Shown: positions 25,801-35,795 of the stretch, piece by piece
How positions within the stretch are numbered: position 1 is the first letter of the stretch
How the letters are laid out: every line of letters starts with the position of its first letter
Assembly (NCBI GenBank): GCA_030698665.1
Contig: JAUYMI010000021.1
Location: 1-48,567, forward strand
Source: a bacterium
GTDB lineage: Bacteria; Patescibacteriota; Minisyncoccia; Minisyncoccales; UBA10102
Length of the DNA stretch: 48,567 nt
Direction: 5' to 3'
The notes under the pieces: generated by a model
What the model was told of the DNA's origin: nothing
The model's input: only the letters and a program-made list of their open reading frames with translations
Database searches by the model: none
Position numbers and translations under genes: made by a program

Positions 25801-27072
25801 CTATGGGAGGAGTTGGATTGAAGAAGAGAGGACAGATCCAGAAAGAAGGTAGAGTTTCTTTTGGCTTTGCGACCAGAATACCTCAGGGGAGGTGAAGTTT
25901 GCGATCTCCACTGAGTTGAGGCGGTCCCTCGTATCGGTCTCCATAATCGTCACGTGATCTCCGGTGCTGAATACCAGATAGTGGGCCGATACCCATGAGA
26001 GATCGGACACGGCCTCGCTGAAACGAGTAAGAAACACTGTTTCCCCGGCTCTCCTTGCTGGCTGTCCTTCTTCGTCTTTCAGGTAGTAGAGCCAGAGCTC
26101 GGACCCCCGTTCAAGAACGAGTTTCTTGCCGTCAGGAGAGAGAAGGGTTCGTCCTATCCCAGAGAGAATGAGGGATGCTCCCTCGTTCTTGAGCAGGGAG
26201 AAGCCTTCGCGATCCAGCAGGAAGACATCTTGCCCGAAGAGCAGAAGCTTCAGAGAGGAGAAAGGACCCGTGGTTTCAGAGATCTTTCTGGTTGGGGTTG
26301 AGCTCCAGACGTCGCCCTTTGCGTCTATCCACAAGACACTCCCAGTTTCAGAGACGGCAAAGGCGACAGCGTCTTTCGTAAGCGTCAGAGAACTGTCTGT
26401 TTCGTAGTTGATCTGGCGTAGCGTTGTTCCTGATAGCGCAATGAGGCTATCAAGGGAGAATGCTGCTTGTCCGAGGGAGCCTGTGACCTCACATCCTGCC
26501 TGACACGAGCTGTCTTCCAACGTAAAGACCGAGTTTCCCAGGAGGAGGCGCGTCCCTTCCCTGCTCCAGATGACTTTTGCGAGAGACGAGGAAAGAGGAG
26601 TGCGCTCGTGCGTATCCAGGTTGAGGAGGTCGGTGCCCGAGAGAATAGCATACTTTCCGTTGGGAGAAAAGGAGGCCTGTCCCACGCCGCCTGCGACCTC
26701 AGTGAGCGCAAGGTCGGTTGGGATGAGAATGACATTTTTTGCTTCCGTGACCCCTCGGGGCTGCACCCCAAGCGTTTTGTTCCAGGAGTGGTATCCTTCT
26801 TTTGACACCGTCACTTCGTAGCTTGTATCTGCCAGGAGGTTGTCTACGAGTATGGTACCAAAGAGAAAGTCGGTTTGCTTCGGGTCCCTGTCCGCAACCC
26901 GCACGAGCGTCCTGCCGGGAACCGCTTTAATGTAGATGCCTCCTGTTTGTGAAAGGGATCGCCTTGACCAGTCAATGCGGTATCCCTGAGAGTACAGGAT
27001 GAGAAAGGGAGCTCCCGTGAGAAAGAGGAGGGAGAGCAGAAAGAAAAGCGCGCGCTTTGAGTTGGTTCTCAT
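25801..27072 (-). CDS. Membrane-anchored PEGA-like plus beta-propeller protein (start uncertain: 27072 or 27081)
   Basis: N-terminal TM helix, YSQGYR...TGGIYI...Y.V.VSKEGYHSWNK, WD/TolB-like FSPNGK and LSPDGKK repeats. Confidence 0.7.
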   Translation of the reverse strand: MRTNSKRALFFLLSLLFLTGAPFLILYSQGYRIDWSRRSLSQTGGIYIKAVPGRTLVRVADRDPKQTDFLFGTILVDNLLADTSYEVTVSKEGYHSWNKTLGVQPRGVTEAKNVILIPTDLALTEVAGGVGQASFSPNGKYAILSGTDLLNLDTHERTPLSSSLAKVIWSREGTRLLLGNSVFTLEDSSCQAGCEVTGSLGQAAFSLDSLIALSGTTLRQINYETDSSLTLTKDAVAFAVSETGSVLWIDAKGDVWSSTPTRKISETTGPFSSLKLLLFGQDVFLLDREGFSLLKNEGASLILSGIGRTLLSPDGKKLVLERGSELWLYYLKDEEGQPARRAGETVFLTRFSEAVSDLSWVSAHYLVFSTGDHVTIMETDTRDRLNSVEIANFTSPEVFWSQSQKKLYLLSGSVLSSSIQLLP

Positions 27073-27102
27073 TCGCTCCATTATGCCCGAGATTTTCTGA
27101 GA

Positions 27103-27131
27103 TTGCAAAAGGCGCGATTCTCAGCTACAAT
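27103..27131 (+). promoter_or_regulatory. Promoter for murA operon
   Basis: TTGCAA-17 bp-TACAAT. Confidence 0.6.
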
Positions 27132-27142
27132 ACCTATGATTC

Positions 27143-28420
27143 ATGGAGAAATTCGTCATTCAAGGAGGTAAGCCTTTATCTGGGGAGATTGAGGTTCGGG
27201 GCGCCAAAAACGCCGCTTTTCCCGTGCTGGTGGCCACCATCCTGACTTCACAGGACTGTGTGATTGAGAATGTGCCGCGCATTGAGGACGTGTTCCGCAT
27301 GGTTGAGATTCTTGCCTCCATGGGAGCTAAGGTAGAGTGGATGTCCGAGAGAACCTTGAGAGTGAATGCCAAGACCCTCAATGTAGAGAGCCTGGACAAG
27401 GATGCCATTCTCAGGTTTCGGGGATCGGTCCTCCTTTTGGGAGCTCTTTTGGCGCGTTTTGGCACTGTCAATCTTCCTCAACCCGGAGGAGATATCATCG
27501 GAGCTCGGCCCATAGAAACACATCTGGACGCCTTTTCTCAGCTTGGAGTTGAGACCCGGCGTTCAAAAAACGGAGCTGGGATGAAGGTTTCTTCTCTCAG
27601 GAGTCTCCGGGAAACGATTCTCAACGAGTTTTCCGTGACCGCCACTGAGAATGTTCTGTTGTTTGCGGCAAAGACTCCAGGCACAACGCTTATTCAAATA
27701 GCGGATCAGGACTACCAGGTACAGGAACTCATCAAGGTGTTAGAGAAGATGGGGGCCTCAGTTGAGCCGGCAGGACCTCATGCCTACCGCGTACGAGGCA
27801 GGAAGGATTTGGGGGGATTCAAACATCGTCTCATGTACGATCCCATTGAGGCTGGCACCTTTATAGTTCTGGGGGCGGCGGTGCAGGGAGGCATTACGGT
27901 CAAGAATGTAGAGACCGGGTTTCTCCAGCTCTTCTTAAAACACATCCGTAGCTCGGGGATTCGTTTGGAGATTCTGAAAGGACGCAATGGAGCTGAGGAC
28001 GTGAAGGTTGCCGGAATAGAGAACTTCAAAATGGAGAAAATTCAGAGCATGATCTATCCAGGTGTTTCCTCAGACCTTCAGTCGGTGCTCGGCGTCCTTG
28101 CTACGCAGGCTAAGGGATCCACTCTGCTCCATGACCCTTTGTATGAGGGAAGGTTGAAGTACCTGGAAGAAATCAATAAGATGGGAGCAGAAATTTACTT
28201 TACCGATCCTCATAGGGCAATCATCAATGGCCCCACGAAGCTTAGGGGGACGGACCTCGGCGCGTTCGATCTCAGAGGGGGAGCGGCCGTGGTCATTGCA
28301 GCCCTCATTGCCAAGGGCCAGAGCACTATTTCCAACATCTACCAGATTGATCGGGGATATGAGAGGATAGAAGAGCGCCTCCAAGCATTGGGGGCCGACA
28401 TTCAGCGAATCAGAGTATGA
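27143..28420 (+). CDS. murA: UDP-N-acetylglucosamine 1-carboxyvinyltransferase
   Basis: GAKNAA, PGGDIIGARP, SVTATEN, DPIEAGT, DLRGG, IDRGYE. Confidence 0.95.
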   Translation: MEKFVIQGGKPLSGEIEVRGAKNAAFPVLVATILTSQDCVIENVPRIEDVFRMVEILASMGAKVEWMSERTLRVNAKTLNVESLDKDAILRFRGSVLLLGALLARFGTVNLPQPGGDIIGARPIETHLDAFSQLGVETRRSKNGAGMKVSSLRSLRETILNEFSVTATENVLLFAAKTPGTTLIQIADQDYQVQELIKVLEKMGASVEPAGPHAYRVRGRKDLGGFKHRLMYDPIEAGTFIVLGAAVQGGITVKNVETGFLQLFLKHIRSSGIRLEILKGRNGAEDVKVAGIENFKMEKIQSMIYPGVSSDLQSVLGVLATQAKGSTLLHDPLYEGRLKYLEEINKMGAEIYFTDPHRAIINGPTKLRGTDLGAFDLRGGAAVVIAALIAKGQSTISNIYQIDRGYERIEERLQALGADIQRIRV

Positions 28421-29430
28421 GCTTCTTTGTCTCAAAAATAGGGATTGATCTTGGGACCGCGAACTCCCTGGTCTTTGTGCCGGGCCGCGGAGTGGTGCTT
28501 AGTGAGCCCTCCGTGGTCGCGGTTTCAATGTCCGACAACACCATTCTTGCCGTGGGAGAGGAGGCAAAAGAGATGACGGGAAGGACTCCTGAGACCATCA
28601 GGGTGTTTCGTCCCATGCGCGACGGGGTGATCGCGGATTTTAGGATTACGCTGGCAATGATCCGGTACTTCCTGCACCGCGTGGTGCCCCGCTACCAGTT
28701 CGTAAAACCAGAGGTGCTCATTTCCGTTCCCGCGGGTATCACCTCCACTGAACGCCGGGCCGTGTTGGAGGCCAGCCAGCTGGCGGGAGCTAGGGCGACC
28801 TATGTGGCAAAAGAACCCATCCTGGCGGCCATTGGAGCTGGGATTCCGATTCATTCTTCCTCAGGACACATGATTGTTGACATCGGGGGCGGAACCTCCG
28901 AGGTTGCCGTCATATCGCTTGGAGGTATCGTGGTTGCCTCCTCGCTCAGGGTTGCAGGAGACAAGCTGGACCAGGCGATCTCAGAGTATATCAAAAAGAA
29001 GCACAACCTGGCCGTGGGAGAAAAGACGGCAGAGGAGATAAAGATGAAGATCGGCACGGCCGCCCCTTCCAAATCCGAGCAGTATCTGGAAGTGCGCGGG
29101 CGGGATCTTGTCCATGGACTTCCAAAGACCCTGAAGATTTCCTCAAACGAGATTGCGGAAGCCATCGCAGAACCGCTTTCTGAAATTGTGCAGGTCATCA
29201 AGACCCTGCTCAGAGAGACGCCGCCCGAACTCTCAGCTGACATTATGGACAAAGGGATGGTTGTTTCCGGAGGAGGAGCCTTACTCAAGGGGATTGATCA
29301 GCTGATTTCAAAATCCATCGGGGTTCCGTGTTTTATCGCTGACGATCCTATGCTCTGCGTGGTGAAGGGCACGGGAGTGGTGCTTGATAACCTGGAAGCA
29401 TACAAAAAGAGCATCATGACCAAGAAATGA
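28417..29430 (+). CDS. mreB: Rod shape-determining protein MreB (paralog 1)
   Basis: IGIDLGTANS, EPSVVA, DIGGGTSEVA, TAEEIK, TPPELSADI. Confidence 0.95.
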   Translation: MSFFVSKIGIDLGTANSLVFVPGRGVVLSEPSVVAVSMSDNTILAVGEEAKEMTGRTPETIRVFRPMRDGVIADFRITLAMIRYFLHRVVPRYQFVKPEVLISVPAGITSTERRAVLEASQLAGARATYVAKEPILAAIGAGIPIHSSSGHMIVDIGGGTSEVAVISLGGIVVASSLRVAGDKLDQAISEYIKKKHNLAVGEKTAEEIKMKIGTAAPSKSEQYLEVRGRDLVHGLPKTLKISSNEIAEAIAEPLSEIVQVIKTLLRETPPELSADIMDKGMVVSGGGALLKGIDQLISKSIGVPCFIADDPMLCVVKGTGVVLDNLEAYKKSIMTKK

Positions 29431-30182
29431 AGTCCCCCCAGTTTGCCTTTCTTGAATCCTCGCTCTCTTTGGGCCGTCTCTCCCACGCGTATCTCTTTTC
29501 GGGTACCGAGCGGGAACTCAAAGACCATGCGACTGTTCAGTTTCTTCAGCTTCTCTTGTCTGACGCATGCGGCAGCTGCAGGACGTGCCTCCAGATAGCT
29601 TCTTTTCAGCATCCGGACCTGGCATTGGTAGAGCCGCTTGAAGGAGAAGGAAAGATGAGAATCACGATTGACCAGGTGCGGGAGCTCAAGTACCGACTGA
29701 GCCTCGCTTCATACGGCGGGGGGCACAAGGTTGCCTTGCTCAAGCGCGCCGACCTGATGGCTTCAGACGCCCAGTCCTCGCTTCTCAAGCTGCTGGAGGA
29801 GCCTTTAGGCCAAACCGTGTGCATCCTGTCGGTCGATCACTCAGATCTTCTGCTGGACACGATACGGTCTCGTACCCAAGAGATCCAGTTTCGGGCACGA
29901 AAAGATCGCACCGCAGATTCTCTCAAGCACGGTTCTTTGAGAGCCAGGTTCAAACAGGCAAAAGAGCTGGGAGAAGGGGAGAAGGAGGCGCAGGAGGAAG
30001 CGCTTTTCGCCCTTGCCTCGGAGGCTCGTTCTCGCCTCCTTGCCGCCTCCTTGCATGGAACGCCCGAGGAGATGAGAAGAGCAGGAATCCTCGCCGTTCT
30101 TGGACTTAAGGCCGAGGAGGCCTTCGTTTTGGGACGCGGATCCTTGCGCCTTGCCCTGGAACAAGCATACATGGAACTCTAA
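29427..30182 (+). CDS. holB: DNA polymerase III delta' subunit-like
   Basis: LSHAYLF, CGSCRTC, HPDL, IDQVREL, LLKLLEEP, TIRSR. Confidence 0.85.
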   Translation: MKSPQFAFLESSLSLGRLSHAYLFSGTERELKDHATVQFLQLLLSDACGSCRTCLQIASFQHPDLALVEPLEGEGKMRITIDQVRELKYRLSLASYGGGHKVALLKRADLMASDAQSSLLKLLEEPLGQTVCILSVDHSDLLLDTIRSRTQEIQFRARKDRTADSLKHGSLRARFKQAKELGEGEKEAQEEALFALASEARSRLLAASLHGTPEEMRRAGILAVLGLKAEEAFVLGRGSLRLALEQAYMEL

Positions 30183-30739
30183 TGTATCAAGACATCATTA
30201 CCGACACGAAACCTGAGATGGAAAAGACCCTGGATTTCTTCTCCAAGGAGATTGCGAAAATCAGGACGGGCGTTGCGACTCCGGCGCTCGTTGAGGATGT
30301 GCTGTGTGACGCGTACGGACAGAAGCTACCCATCAAGCAGCTTGCTGCCATCTCTTCCCCAGAGCGCCGCCAGCTGCTTATTCAGCCCTGGGATCCTTCG
30401 TGCATAGAACCCATTGAGCGAGCACTTCGTGGGTCTTTGAGCGGAATATCTCCCATTGTGGAGCAGAACTCCATCCGTCTTCAGCTTCCCCAGCTCACGC
30501 AAGAGGTGAGACAGGTTCTCTTTAAGATCCTGGGGGATAAGACCGAGGAAGCCAGGAAGGGTTTTCGCAAGTGGAGAGACGAGGCGTGGAGCAGGATTCA
30601 AGAGTCCTGCCGCAGGGGAGAGATTCGGGAAGATGACAAGTTCAAGGGCAAGGAAGAGCTTCAAAAGCTCGTGGATGAGTACATTGGCAAGGCAGAGGAG
30701 TTGGCCAATCGCAAGAAGAATGAAATTGGAACCATATGA
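30182..30739 (+). CDS. frr: Ribosome recycling factor
   Basis: IRTGVATP, IQPWD, PQLTQE, EDDKF...LQKL. Confidence 0.95.
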   Translation: MYQDIITDTKPEMEKTLDFFSKEIAKIRTGVATPALVEDVLCDAYGQKLPIKQLAAISSPERRQLLIQPWDPSCIEPIERALRGSLSGISPIVEQNSIRLQLPQLTQEVRQVLFKILGDKTEEARKGFRKWRDEAWSRIQESCRRGEIREDDKFKGKEELQKLVDEYIGKAEELANRKKNEIGTI

Positions 30740-31803
30740 TATTTCTTTTTATTGCGATTTTTTCTCTGGTCACGCTTGTCGCTCTGCACGAGCTCGGTCA
30801 TTTTTTCCTGGCGCGGCTCTTTGGCGTGAAGGTTGAGGAGTTCGGATTCGGGCTTCCTCCTCGGCTCTTTGGGAAAAAGATCGGAGAAACCATCTACTCT
30901 TTCAACCTTCTTCCCTTGGGAGCGTTTGTGCGCATGCTTGGGGAGGAGCGTGCGGTTGCAAATGAACGGAGTTTCAGCTCAAAGCCGGTCTGGCAGCGAT
31001 CTCTCATCATTGTTGGGGGCGTGGCGGCTTTCTGGATCATCGCGTCCATTCTCCTCGCGTTTCTCCTTGGCACGTCCGGAATTCCTGCCAGCGTGCCTGA
31101 CACGTTCAATACCCAGGAGGCTCGGGTCATGGTGCTCGGAGTCGCAGCTGACTCTCCTGCCCAGGCGGCCGGGATCATGCCAGGAGATGTCATTCTCGGA
31201 TTTGGAGATGGGGCAAAGGTTACCAGAGTGTCTGAGGTACAGGAGGCTGTGGAGACATCTCGTGGAACTTCCCTGACGCTCTCTTTGCTGAGAGACGGAG
31301 TTGAGGAAGCTCACTCAGTGCAGATACGAGAAGAGGCACCAAGTGGTCAGGGCTTGCTCGGGGTTTCCCTGGCCCGCACGACGTTCCTCAAATATCCGTG
31401 GTATGAAGCGCCCGCGAGGGGGGTTCTGCTTTCAGGGCAACTTACCTGGGAGATTGTCCGCGGGTTTGCGGGGGTTCTCTCTGGAATCTTTTCTGGAGCG
31501 GGAGCCGCGGGCGCTCAGGTGATGGGTCCTATTGGCATTGTCCAGCTTCTCTCCGGCTCTTTACAGTCAGGGCTTTCCTCCTTCCTCTACTTTCTGAGTT
31601 TGCTTTCTCTCTACCTCGCTCTCTTCAACATTCTCCCTATCCCGGTCGTGGACGGGGGTCGGCTCCTCTTCCTCGGAATAGAGGCTTTGAGGAAGCGCCC
31701 CATTCCCGAGGCGATTGAGCAGAGGATCCATGGAGTCTTTTTCATTCTTCTGATCGCGCTCTTGATATGGGCGAGCATTCAGGATATCACAAGAATATTC
31801 TAG
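30736..31803 (+). CDS. rseP: RseP/M50 intramembrane zinc metalloprotease with PDZ domain
   Basis: HELGH, EFGFGLPP, SPAQAAGIMPGD (PDZ), NILPIPVVDGG. Confidence 0.93.
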   Translation: MIFLFIAIFSLVTLVALHELGHFFLARLFGVKVEEFGFGLPPRLFGKKIGETIYSFNLLPLGAFVRMLGEERAVANERSFSSKPVWQRSLIIVGGVAAFWIIASILLAFLLGTSGIPASVPDTFNTQEARVMVLGVAADSPAQAAGIMPGDVILGFGDGAKVTRVSEVQEAVETSRGTSLTLSLLRDGVEEAHSVQIREEAPSGQGLLGVSLARTTFLKYPWYEAPARGVLLSGQLTWEIVRGFAGVLSGIFSGAGAAGAQVMGPIGIVQLLSGSLQSGLSSFLYFLSLLSLYLALFNILPIPVVDGGRLLFLGIEALRKRPIPEAIEQRIHGVFFILLIALLIWASIQDITRIF

Positions 31804-31807
31804 GGCT

Positions 31808-33034
31808 ATGAGACAAAGCATCCTGTTTTCCAAAACGAGCAAGACGGCTCCGAAAGATGAGGAAAGCCAGAACGCACAGCTCTTGGCCCGTGCGGGTTTC
31901 GTGCATAAAGAGATGGCGGGCGTGTACTCCTTTCTCCCCCTGGGACTCAGGGTGCTCAAGAACGTGGAGCGTATCATTCGAGAAGAAATGGAGGTTATTG
32001 GAGGAGAAGAGGTCCTTCTTCCGGCCCTCCAGCCCAAGCGTAACTGGGAGACAACGGGCCGCTGGGATACCTTTGATGTGCTCTTCCGCTTCACAAGCTT
32101 TTACGCAAAGAACGAGTACGTCCTGGGGCCGACCCATGAAGAGATTATTACTCCTTTAGCTAAGCGCTTTATCTCTTCTTACAGGGACCTTCCCCGCTAC
32201 GTCTTTCAGATTCAAGATAAGTTCAGAGACGAGAAACGGGCTAAGTCAGGATTGCTTCGAGGCCGCGAGTTCCTCATGAAAGACCTTTACTCCTTCCATG
32301 CGAACCAGGAGGACGCTGACCTGTACTATGAGAGGGTAAAGGAGGCGTATTGGAAAATCATGGAGCGCGTTGGGCTGAAAGATCATACGTATCTCACCTT
32401 TGCCTCTGGCGGGACTTTTTCCAAATACTCTCATGAGTTTCAGGTTGCGACCTCATCTGGCGAAGATACGATTTATGCGTGCGAGCCCTGCCGCGTGGCC
32501 GTGAATGAGGAAGTGATAGCCGAACAAAAGACGTGTCCTGAGTGCGGCTCAGACAAGCTCAAGAAACTCAAGGCCGTTGAGGCGGCGAATATCTTCAAGC
32601 TAAAAACAAGATACTCTGAGGCCTTTGACCTGAACTATGTTGACGAGAAGGGGAAGGCCCAGCTGGTTCTTATGGGCTGCTATGGCATGGGGATTTCGCG
32701 CCTGATGGGAACGGTGGCAGATGTCCTCTCAGACGAGGCAGGCCTCTTCTGGCCTCCCGAGCTCGCCCCGTACCAGATACACCTCATCGCTCTTCAGGGC
32801 GCTGAACAAAAAGCTGAGGCGGCGTATGAGGCCTTCAGGAAGGCAGGCGTTCAGGTCTTGTATGATGATCGGGATGCTGGAGCGGGAGAGAAGTTTGCTG
32901 ACGCAGACCTCATCGGACTTCCGTTCCGGGCCGTGGTTTCAAAAAGCACGGGAGACCAGGTGGAGCTGAAGGGGAGGCGCGAGAAGACGGGAGAACTTGT
33001 GGACCTCAAAGAACTTATCTCACGAGTCTCATGA
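31808..33034 (+). CDS. proS: Proline--tRNA ligase (short form, no INS editing domain)
   Basis: MRQS, GVYSFLPLG, LGPTHEE, KFRDEKR.KSGLLRGREF.MKD.YSF, MGCYG.G.SR. Confidence 0.95.
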   Translation: MRQSILFSKTSKTAPKDEESQNAQLLARAGFVHKEMAGVYSFLPLGLRVLKNVERIIREEMEVIGGEEVLLPALQPKRNWETTGRWDTFDVLFRFTSFYAKNEYVLGPTHEEIITPLAKRFISSYRDLPRYVFQIQDKFRDEKRAKSGLLRGREFLMKDLYSFHANQEDADLYYERVKEAYWKIMERVGLKDHTYLTFASGGTFSKYSHEFQVATSSGEDTIYACEPCRVAVNEEVIAEQKTCPECGSDKLKKLKAVEAANIFKLKTRYSEAFDLNYVDEKGKAQLVLMGCYGMGISRLMGTVADVLSDEAGLFWPPELAPYQIHLIALQGAEQKAEAAYEAFRKAGVQVLYDDRDAGAGEKFADADLIGLPFRAVVSKSTGDQVELKGRREKTGELVDLKELISRVS

Positions 33035-34092
33035 GAAAATGGCTGCGCAAACTCATCGCGTACCTGAGTCATGACATCGCAATTGACCTTGGAACGGCGA
33101 ACTCCTTGGTGTATGTGCGGGGAAGAGGGATTGTCATTCAGGAGCCTTCCGTTGTTGCCGTGAACCAAAAGACGGGGCAGGTGTTGGCCATTGGAGAGGA
33201 GGCAAAGCGCATGGTAGGCAAGACCCCTGGCCACATCATGGCTACCCGTCCCTTGGTGAAGGGCGTCATCTCCGACTTTGAGGTGACAGAAGAGATGCTG
33301 AGATACTTTATCGCCAAGGCTCATAAGAAACGCTTTTTGCTGGGGCCGGGTCCCAGGGTCATTGTCGGCATTCCCTTTGGCGTGACTGAGGTGGAGCGCA
33401 AGGCGGTGAGGGACGCAACCATGTCAGCTGGGGCCCGCGAGGTTTTCCTCATTGATGAACCCATGGCGGCCGCTATTGGAGCTCGCCTGGAGGTTCAAGA
33501 GCCCGGGGGAAACTTCGTCGTGGACATCGGCGGTGGGACCACCGAGGTGGCGGTGATATCGCTGGGAGGCATCGTCTATGCAAAGTCCCTAAGAATTGCG
33601 GGAGACAAGCTTTCAGAGGATATCGTTGCCTTCGCCCAGGAAGAGTACAAGCTGCTGATTGGCGAGCGCACGGCCGAGACGATTAAGATCGGCATCGGGT
33701 CAGCCTATCCCTTAAAGGAGAGGCGGAGTATGCCCTTGCGCGGACGCAACCTTGTTACGGGACTCCCAGAAGAGATCATGGTGACGGATGCCGACATCAG
33801 AAAGGCCTTGGAAAAGTCCGTCAGGCAGATTGTCAACGAAATCAAACTTACGGTGGAGGAGACGCCCCCGGAGCTATTGGCCGATATCATGGAGAGGGGA
33901 ATCTTCCTGGCAGGAGGGGGATCTCTTCTCAAGGGCTTGGACACCTTGATCTCAAAAGAGACGAAGATGCCTGTTCACTTAGTCGAGGATCCCTTGACCG
34001 CGGTAGTGAGGGGGGCTGGGCTGGTGTTGGAAAACCTGGATGAGTTGGAAGAGGTGCTTGTTGACACAAAAGAACTGGAGGCTCCGAGATGA
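33031..34092 (+). CDS. mreB: Rod shape-determining protein MreB (paralog 2)
   Basis: IAIDLGTANS, EPSVVA, EPMAAAIGA, DIGGGTTEVA, GGGSLL. Confidence 0.95.
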   Translation: MRKWLRKLIAYLSHDIAIDLGTANSLVYVRGRGIVIQEPSVVAVNQKTGQVLAIGEEAKRMVGKTPGHIMATRPLVKGVISDFEVTEEMLRYFIAKAHKKRFLLGPGPRVIVGIPFGVTEVERKAVRDATMSAGAREVFLIDEPMAAAIGARLEVQEPGGNFVVDIGGGTTEVAVISLGGIVYAKSLRIAGDKLSEDIVAFAQEEYKLLIGERTAETIKIGIGSAYPLKERRSMPLRGRNLVTGLPEEIMVTDADIRKALEKSVRQIVNEIKLTVEETPPELLADIMERGIFLAGGGSLLKGLDTLISKETKMPVHLVEDPLTAVVRGAGLVLENLDELEEVLVDTKELEAPR

Positions 34093-34394
34093 TTTCAAAA
34101 GAACAGGTACAAGCCATAGCTGAACTCTCGCGCATCTCCCTGACCTCAGAAGAGTCAGAGCGTATGGCGCGGGAGCTGGACTCCATTTTAGAGTACTTTG
34201 CGGTGCTTGCTGAGGCAGATACGGAAGGGGTGGAGCCCATGACGCACGCCGTGCTTACTGGGTCTGATCCGAGAGAGGATGTCGCGGAACCAGAGGACCC
34301 AGAGCGCGTTGAGCGCATGATCAAGGCCATGCCGGAAACCGAGCGAAGGTACCTCAGGGTGCCTGGAGTATTGGAACGGATGAAGCATGATTGA
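34089..34394 (+). CDS. gatC: Asp/Glu-tRNA amidotransferase subunit C
   Basis: ISKEQVQAIAELSRI, DTEGVEPM, REDV, YLRVP; precedes gatA. Confidence 0.92.
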   Translation: MISKEQVQAIAELSRISLTSEESERMARELDSILEYFAVLAEADTEGVEPMTHAVLTGSDPREDVAEPEDPERVERMIKAMPETERRYLRVPGVLERMKHD

Positions 34395-35790
34395 AGCTAC
34401 CATCACGGAACTGCAGGAGGCCCTGCGTGCCAGGAAAGTTTCAGCCCGCGAGCTGGCCAAAGAGTCCCTTGACTCCATGGAGCGCCAGGAGGGGAATCTT
34501 CACGCGTTTCTCGCTCGGACCCCCGAGCTTGCGTTTGAGTCAGCAGAGAGGGCCGACCAGATGCTGGCTCAGGGGAATGCTCCGCCCCTCTGCGGAATTC
34601 CCTGTGCTATCAAAGACGCCATCCTGGTGGAGGGAGTGCTTTGCACTGCGGGATCTCTCATGCTGGAGAATTACACGGCTCCCTATGACGCTACGGTTGT
34701 CAGGCTGTTGCGCGAGCAGGGAGCTGTCATGGTGGGCAAGACGAACACCGATGAGTTCGGCATGGGAGCTTCCACTGAAAACTCGGCCTTCGGTGCGACG
34801 CGCAATCCCAGGGACCCAGAGCGGGTTCCGGGAGGGAGTTCCGGGGGGTCTGCCGCCGCGGTTGCTGCAGCTGAGTGCGTGTTTGCTTTGGGAGAGGATA
34901 CGGGAGGATCCATCCGTTTGCCGGCCGGCTTTTGCGGCGTGGTCGGCCTGCGTCCCACCTATGGCACTGTTTCCCGTCATGGAGTCATCTCTCTTGCCTC
35001 TTCCTTTGACCAAGTGGGGCCCTTCGCGAGAACGTGCCGGGACGCTGAGATTGTCTATGAGGCGATTGCGCACAAAGATCCCAAGGAGGCCACCTCAGCT
35101 GAGCGTCCTGCGTCTAAAAAGTCATTCGGCCTCAAGGGACTCAGGATCGGAGCGCCAAAGGAGTACTTTACAGAAGGGTTGTCGAGCGTAGTGGAGCAGG
35201 GGATCCGTTCAGCTTTGGGCAAGCTTGAGGGAGCGGGGGCCGTGATCGTGGAAGTGGAGCTCCCGAACGTCAAGTACGGATTGGCTGCGTATTACGTAAT
35301 CAACACGTCTGAGGCCTCAGCGAATCTCGCTCGGTACGACGGGCTTCGCTACGGCCTTCACACTCCGGCCTCAACGATAAAGGAGATGTACGAGCAGAAC
35401 CGTTCGTCGGGATTCGGCGACGAGGTCAAGCGCAGGATTATCTTGGGAACGTTTGCCTTGTCAGCCGGATACTACGAGGCCTACTACCTCAAGGCGCAGA
35501 AGGTCAGAACTCTTCTCAGGCAGGACTTTGAGCGAGCCTTCGCTTCAGTGGACGTGATCGCGGGCCCCGTGTCGCCTGTGCTTCCCTTCAAGCTTGGAGA
35601 GCGGAGCTCAGACCCCCTGGCCATGTACTTAGTTGATATTTATACTGTACCTGTGAACCTTGCCGGACTCCCGGGGCTTACGATCCCCGCAGCCGAGGCC
35701 GATGGTTTGCCTATTGGGATGCAGCTCGTTGGTCCCCAATTTTCAGAGCCCTTGCTCTTTGGAGTCGGAAAAGCTTTTGAGTCTCTCTAA
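34387..35790 (+). CDS. gatA: Asp/Glu-tRNA amidotransferase subunit A
   Basis: GKTNTDEFGMG, PGGSSGGSAAAV, DTGGSIR.PA, NLARYDG, EVKRRI.LG. Confidence 0.97.
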   Translation: MIEATITELQEALRARKVSARELAKESLDSMERQEGNLHAFLARTPELAFESAERADQMLAQGNAPPLCGIPCAIKDAILVEGVLCTAGSLMLENYTAPYDATVVRLLREQGAVMVGKTNTDEFGMGASTENSAFGATRNPRDPERVPGGSSGGSAAAVAAAECVFALGEDTGGSIRLPAGFCGVVGLRPTYGTVSRHGVISLASSFDQVGPFARTCRDAEIVYEAIAHKDPKEATSAERPASKKSFGLKGLRIGAPKEYFTEGLSSVVEQGIRSALGKLEGAGAVIVEVELPNVKYGLAAYYVINTSEASANLARYDGLRYGLHTPASTIKEMYEQNRSSGFGDEVKRRIILGTFALSAGYYEAYYLKAQKVRTLLRQDFERAFASVDVIAGPVSPVLPFKLGERSSDPLAMYLVDIYTVPVNLAGLPGLTIPAAEADGLPIGMQLVGPQFSEPLLFGVGKAFESL

Positions 35791-35795
35791 GGCAT

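Noticed and set aside
34391-35191. Long alternative-frame and antisense ORFs (e.g. 34391-35191, 7183-7956, 10328-10870)
   Set aside because: They overlap well-supported housekeeping genes, have no recognisable motifs and are expected shadows at this GC content
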